From an uncultured delta proteobacterium (GTDB lineage Bacteria; Desulfobacterota; Binatia; UBA9968), in assembly GCA_963760795.1 (NCBI GenBank), contig CAVXEP010000003.1, positions 196,179 to 260,178 on the forward strand: a stretch of DNA of 64,000 nt. The letters run 5' to 3'. Below the pieces are notes generated by a model. The model made no database searches, was not told the DNA's origin, and saw only the letters and a list, made by a program, of their open reading frames with translations. Shown piece by piece: positions 62,867 through 64,000 of the stretch. The position numbers and the translations under genes were made by a program. Positions within the stretch are counted from its first letter, which is position 1, and each line of letters begins with the position of its first letter.

Positions 62867-64000
62867 GCCCGCGCGACCGCCCGCCGCGGCGCGCGCAGGG
62901 CCGCCGACCCGCTCGAGCTGCGGCGTCCAGCGGCGCCGACGCCAGCGCCAGCAAGTCCCGCAAGCACCGGCGGCCGCAAGCTCGCCTTCCTGATCGTCCT
63001 GCTCGTGCTGCTGACGGCGATCGCGGGCGGGGTCGCGAGCCTGGGCGGCGCCTCCGAGATCAACAAGCGCTGCGACCTCGACAACCTGCGCCCGGTCGCG
63101 ATCGGCCAGAACACCTTCGTGTACGCGGCCGACGGCTCGTTCCTCGGGCACGATCCCGGCCGAGAAGAACCGCGACGCCCGGTCGAGCTGCGGCCGATCA
63201 GCCCGTGGCATGCGCAAGGCGATCGTCGCGATCGAGGACCGCCGCTTCTACGAGCACGGCGGGATCGACGTGCGCCGGGATCCTGCGCGCCGCCTGGGCC
63301 GACGTCCGGGCCGGCAAGGTCGTCGCAGGGCGGCTCCACGATCACGCAGCAGCTCGTCCGCAACCTCTACATCGGCAAGGAGGTGACGCTCGAGCGCAAG
63401 GTGACGGAGGCGTGTCTGGCGATCAAGCTGAACAGCCGCTGGTCGAAGAACCACATCCTCCAGGAGTACCTGAACCAGGTCTACTTCGGGAACCACGCCT
63501 ACGGCGTCGAGGCCGCCGCCCAGACGTACTTCTCGCGGCGCTCCCGCAACCTGACGCTGAACCAGGCTGCCCTGCTCGCCGGGCTGCCGCAGGCGCCCTC
63601 GGTCTTCGACCCGTTCAACAAGCCCGAGCGCGCGCTCGCGCGCCGGAACACGGTGCTGCGCGCGATGCTCGACAACGGCGACATCACCCGCGCGCAGTAC
63701 CAGGCGGCGATCGCCGAGCGCGACCTGGGCCTGAAGAAGGGCGTGCTCTACAAGCGCATCCACGAGCCGTACTTCTTCAGCTACGTCCGCGAGGAGCTCC
63801 TGCGCGAGTACGGCGCCGAACACCGTCCGCTCCGGCGGCCTGCGCGTCTACACCACGATCGACAGGCGCTTCCAGAAGCTGGCGCGGAAGGCGATGACCG
63901 ACACGCTCTTCTACAAGAGCGACCCCGCGGCCGCCGTCGTCTCGATCGACCCGCAGACGGGCGCGATCCGCGCGATGGACGCGGTCATCCCGGAAGAACG
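62863..64000 (+). CDS. class A penicillin-binding protein (transglycosylase/transpeptidase), partial and frameshifted
   Basis: IEDRRFYEHGGID, GSTITQQLVRN, RK..E, ILQEYLNQVYFG..AYGVEAAAQTYF, A.LAGLPQAPS. Confidence 0.92.

Noticed and set aside
45837-64000. Many frameshifts as programmed frameshifting or mass pseudogenisation
   Set aside because: Indels hit nearly every gene, including parB and the PBP, which is typical of uncorrected long-read error.

Overview
The window looks like three unrelated DNA segments joined end to end, with junctions at about 45836 and 52385. Segment 1 (1-45836) has moderate GC and is almost free of frameshifts in its core genes; its gene order and intergenic palindromes suggest a Deltaproteobacteria/Binatia-like genome (inference). 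It starts with an IS701 end and a lower-GC type II PKS-like cassette (ACP, KS, CLF, ACP, condensation-like acyltransferase, FAD oxidoreductase, AMP ligase, O-methyltransferase). This cassette meets, tail to tail, a partly decayed aryl polyene (ape/xanthomonadin-like) cluster that carries a halogenase and an ammonia-lyase and whose last KS (apeR) is cut at the junction. Next come rpmE-prfA-prmC-murA-hisDBHA, an AAA ATPase, a tRNA-Ala-anchored island with att and arm-site remnants, a broken P4-type integrase and cargo (Flp pilin, SRAP fragment, malonyl-CoA decarboxylase), then recN, nadK and phnE. Segment 2 (45837-52385) is very GC-rich with many indels and holds a surface-polysaccharide locus. 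Segment 3 (52385-64000) is very GC-rich and Actinomycetota/Thermoleophilia-like (inference). It holds parB, tRNA-Ile, a divergent pair of a tandem-domain UDG-fold protein and a metal-dependent deaminase, a duplicated HEXXH metalloprotease with an acidic partner gene, then DUF151, a CPBP protease, a mannosyltransferase, DUF2203, MscS and a class A PBP. The best candidates for undescribed systems are the UDG-fold/deaminase pair, the PKS-cassette/aryl polyene hybrid and the duplicated protease effector-immunity-like module. All family assignments come from motif recognition by eye, not from database searches.
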